From Camelus dromedarius (Eukaryota): a stretch of 64,000 nt of DNA. The DNA lies in the NCBI RefSeq assembly GCF_036321535.1, contig NC_087436.1:84384001-84448000 (forward strand), given 5' to 3'. The notes beneath the pieces were generated by a model that was given only the letters and a program-made list of their open reading frames with translations, made no database searches and was not told the origin of the DNA. Positions 62,501-64,000 of the stretch are shown piece after piece (the stretch's first letter is position 1; every line of letters starts with the position of its first letter). Position numbers and translations under genes: made by a program.

Positions 62501-63208
62501 TTTAGTGTATGAATTTTTAAAAGAAATAATATGCAACATTTTAGGGGAGGTACCTTAGTAAGAGGATAAAGCACTTCCTGTCCCCCAGAGAGCATCTCCT
62601 TAGCCTACTGGTTTTAATTCATTTCTTGCTGATAATTTTATTTGGATTTTTCTGACAGTGATTTATTCTTTGTCATGTGTTCACATTCTTAATATTCTCT
62701 TCCAAGATAGAGAAATAATATTTATTTAAGAGAGCAGCATTACAAATTCTAGCAAAATGAGTGGGTTTTCCCACTAAGTTGAGGACTTTCAGTGATTTTT
62801 CTTTTTGCCTTTTTCCCCTTTGAATAGTGAAGGAAAATTGTAATCTGATGATGGAGAGTTCAGAATAACAACCACATTTAAAAATTTTACATACATGCTA
62901 CAAGGGGAGCATGACCTGGAGAAAATAGGAGCTTAGAGTTCTCTGTACATTTGCTGCTCATTGTCCTTTTCTTCCTTCTCTGTCAGTGTGGGCTTCCATA
63001 TGTGGAGGTGCTATGTAAAAACCGGTATGTAGGAAGAACCTTCATTCAGCCAAACATGAGGTTAAGACAGCTTGGTGTTGCGAAAAAATTTGGAGTTTTG
63101 TCGGACAACTTCAAAGGCAAAAGAATTGTTCTTGTAGATGATTCAATTGTGAGAGGCAATACCATCTCACCCATAATCAAATTGCTCAAAGAATCTGGTG
63201 CAAAAGAG
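32254..63208 (+). CDS. PPAT: Amidophosphoribosyltransferase (glutamine PRPP amidotransferase), exons 1-9 (gene continues past the right edge)
   Basis: Exons: 32254-32381 ([16 protein letters not shown]...LQHR), 54505-54571 ([12 protein letters not shown]...), 58317-58523 ([11 protein letters not shown]...AHNGELVN), 59839-59951, 60055-60200 (RDPYGNRPL), 60742-60814, 61339-61490 ([13 protein letters not shown]), 61916-62043, 62987-63208 (PRPP-binding [12 protein letters not shown]). All introns are GT-AG with consistent phases. An 11-aa propeptide precedes the Ntn catalytic Cys. Confidence 0.98.
34958..35094 (-). CDS. Nested gene, last intronic exon (phase 1 in, phase 0 out)
   Basis: tactctgtttgcag|AA CCA GAG...CAT CAG|gtaaat. 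137 nt, [46 protein letters not shown]. Confidence 0.78.
34958..51853 (-). CDS. Nested antisense coding unit in PPAT intron 1 with three Myb/SANT-like (trihelix) DNA-binding domains; 517 aa over 7 exons, probably spliced in frame onto PAICS
   Basis: Exons 51853-51472, 46894-46808, 45038-44604, 38499-38428, 37915-37544, 37221-37156 and 35094-34958 (382+87+435+72+372+66+137 = 1551 nt). Each has canonical AG/GT ends, all internal junctions are phase 1, and there are no stops. An optional 42-nt exon lies at 47845-47804. Confidence 0.88.
36015..36480 (+). mobile_element. Old L1 3' fragment
   Basis: CATACCCCATGACCCAGCA...TTTATAGCAGCATTATTCAT...ATGGATGAATCTTACAA, a degenerate L1M 3' end. Confidence 0.7.
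37156..37221 (-). CDS. Nested gene, exon with a basic NLS-like patch
   Basis: gttcttttatttaag|AA TTA TTT...GAA GAT G|gtaaga. 66 nt, phase 1-1, [22 protein letters not shown]. Confidence 0.78.
37544..37915 (-). CDS. Nested gene, exon with Myb/SANT-like domain 3
   Basis: tttacag|GT AGT CAT...AAA CAC G|gtaact. 372 nt, phase 1-1. Peptide [19 protein letters not shown]...[18 protein letters not shown]...[11 protein letters not shown]. Confidence 0.9.
38428..38499 (-). CDS. Nested gene, linker exon
   Basis: tttctctttgttttttgacag|AG GAA GAC...GGG TCA G|gtaacg. 72 nt, phase 1-1, [24 protein letters not shown]. Confidence 0.78.
39717..39806 (-). mobile_element. tRNA-derived SINE inserted in an old L1 fragment
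   Basis: Same SINE consensus with poly(A). Flanked by a TATGTGTCTTT duplication. Confidence 0.85.
40220..40740. mobile_element. Old LTR remnant (MER21-like)
   Basis: CAATTCAATCTGACACTAACCCAGAGTTA ... TCATTGGCCACATGATTGAACTCAGTCTCCA resembles MER21-class LTRs. Family assignment is from memory only. Confidence 0.45.
44604..45038 (-). CDS. Nested gene, exon with Myb/SANT-like domain 2
   Basis: (tc)n...gatccag|GT AAC TCT...CAG CCA G|gtagga. 435 nt, phase 1-1. Peptide [19 protein letters not shown]...[18 protein letters not shown]...[11 protein letters not shown]. Confidence 0.9.
45056..45085. repeat. (GA)n(TA)n microsatellite
   Basis: GAGAGAGAGAGAGAGAGAGATATATATAT read directly. On the - strand it is the pyrimidine tract of the 45038 acceptor. 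Confidence 0.9.
46500..46631 (-). mobile_element. tRNA-derived SINE
   Basis: GGGGAGGGTACAGCTCAGTGTAGAGTGCATGCCTAGCATGCATGAGGTCCTGGGTTCAATCCCCAG on the - strand. Confidence 0.85.
46808..46894 (-). CDS. Nested gene, linker exon
   Basis: cttctctctttccag|GC AAA ATG...GAA CTG G|gtaggt. 87 nt, phase 1-1, [29 protein letters not shown]. Confidence 0.75.
47804..47845 (-). CDS. Nested gene, candidate 42-nt linker micro-exon
   Basis: tattttcag|CT CCA GAA CCT TCT CAA CAA ACA AAA GTA GGC CCT AAA GCA G|gtaaca. Phase 1-1, open ([14 protein letters not shown]). Short enough to be chance. Confidence 0.5.
50274..50733. mobile_element. Tigger1-derived non-autonomous element (internal deletion)
   Basis: Inverted termini AGGCATACCTC ... 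GAGGTATGCCTG typical of Tigger1. ~460 bp, no ORF. Confidence 0.8.
50907..51079 (+). mobile_element. tRNA-derived SINE
   Basis: GGGGAGGATATAGCTCAGTGGCAGAG...GGTTCAATCC with an A-rich tail. Target duplication CATAGAGCAGA. Confidence 0.88.
51472..51853 (-). CDS. Nested gene, first coding exon, Myb/SANT-like domain 1
   Basis: Strong Kozak context (ttcaacATGG) with an in-frame upstream TAG. Peptide [24 protein letters not shown]...[18 protein letters not shown]...[11 protein letters not shown]...ETIE. Donor GAAG|GTAAAA, phase 1. Confidence 0.9.
51900..51913. promoter_or_regulatory. Perfect 14-bp palindrome GTTTCCTAGGAAAC, RFX X-box-like
   Basis: Self-complementary and resembles the X-box pattern (GTTGCCATGGCAAC). 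It lies ~47 nt upstream of the nested gene ATG. Confidence 0.55.
52300..52665 (+). mobile_element. L1 3'-end fragment
   Basis: Typical L1 3' UTR (ACAGACATAGAAAACAAACTTATGGTTACCAG...TATAGCACAGGGAA...) ending in an A-rich tail. Confidence 0.85.
53631..54266 (-). mobile_element. Solo ERV LTR (ERV1-like) inserted into a MIR
   Basis: TG...CA termini with a 4-bp target duplication AGAT (53627-53630 / 54267-54270). On the - strand there is a TATA-like CATAAAA (~53960-53966) and AATAAA (53778-53783). MIR-like sequence continues on both sides. Confidence 0.8.
54687..57827 (-). mobile_element. Near full-length Tigger2-family (pogo/TcMar) DNA transposon with decayed transposase, in PPAT intron 2
   Basis: Terminal inverted repeats (TG)GTTGACCCTTGAACAAC ... 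GTTGTTCAAGGGTCAACTG, flanked by TA. Fragmented - strand ORFs (56930-57130, 55701-55988, 55431-55667) resemble pogo/CENP-B-type transposase pieces. Confidence 0.88.
58642..58775 (+). mobile_element. tRNA-derived SINE
   Basis: GGGTATAGCTCAGTGGTAGAGCATGTGCTTAGCATGCATGAGGTCCTGGGTTCAATCCCC with a (TAAA)n tail. Target duplication ACTGTAT. Confidence 0.88.
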
Positions 63209-64000
63209 GTAAGTAATATTAGAACATACCCTAAAGCACCAATAATTAACAATATGATAAAAACTGTTTTCATGTTGTGTAAATTTTATGTTAACGGTTT
63301 TATAAAATTAGTTTTAAAACTAACAAAAATCACAAAATAAAATACTTCTTAAATTTGTATTGATTACTTTTTCTTTTTGAAGATGTATAGTCAATCCTAG
63401 TGTCATAGATTTGACACATTAGGTTATGTTTTCAAATCTCAAAGTTTTTTTCTAACTGAATATTTCAGTAATTCAAATTACAGAAGTGAGATGTCATTTA
63501 CAGGTAATAGTTGAACATATTTAGAAATAAAATCTATTGTGGAGAAAAACGGTATAGAAAGCAGTATGATAGTCTATTTGGAAAGCTTCTAAGGTAATTA
63601 TGATTATGATTTTCCAGCCCTTTTTTATGACTTATTGTGATTATGGGAATTTCTGTGGCATTCTATGAAAACCAAGTAATAAAAATGAAATGTAAAGTCA
63701 ATTCAGCATCCATTACAATAGTAAAAAAGAGTAGACATAAATAAGTAAACGAACAAACTGGAAATGGCTACCTACTAGCATGTATCTACCAGAGGGAAAT
63801 AGTTTAGGAAATTGATACATCAGTATGATGAAATATCATGCAGCCACTAAAAACTATAATTATGAAGACTGCATAACGTGGGGAAATCGTTGCTGTTATA
63901 ACAAAGGTAGAAGGTAAATGTGGACACCAGTTACAGCCATGTAAACGTACCTGACAAAAGGCAGAAAATAATGATAGACAAAATAGTAGAGAAAAATAGC

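Overview
Mammalian genomic DNA, probably camelid, judging by six copies of a vic-1-like tRNA-derived SINE. It covers the SRP72-PAICS-PPAT locus. SRP72 coding exons 1-5 (- strand) run off the left edge. PAICS is complete (- strand, 9 coding exons, 425 aa). PPAT exons 1-9 (+ strand) run off the right edge. PAICS and PPAT share a bidirectional CpG-island promoter. The main surprise lies in the 22-kb PPAT intron 1. The - strand there carries an intact, canonically spliced coding unit of 7 exons plus 1 optional exon (51853->34958). It encodes three tandem Myb/SANT-like (trihelix, Myb_DNA-bind_4 type) domains. Its last donor is phase 0 and matches a strong acceptor 51 nt upstream of the PAICS ATG, with no stop in between. 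This predicts an in-frame ~959-aa 3xMyb/SANT-PAICS fusion, transcribed antisense through PPAT exon 1. A perfect palindromic RFX-like X-box sits just upstream of its ATG, and a same-orientation solo LTR lies ~1.8 kb further upstream. The rest is ordinary interspersed repeats (Tigger, L1, L2/MIR, MER, SINE). All exon calls were read by hand from splice sites and frame, and expression is not shown.
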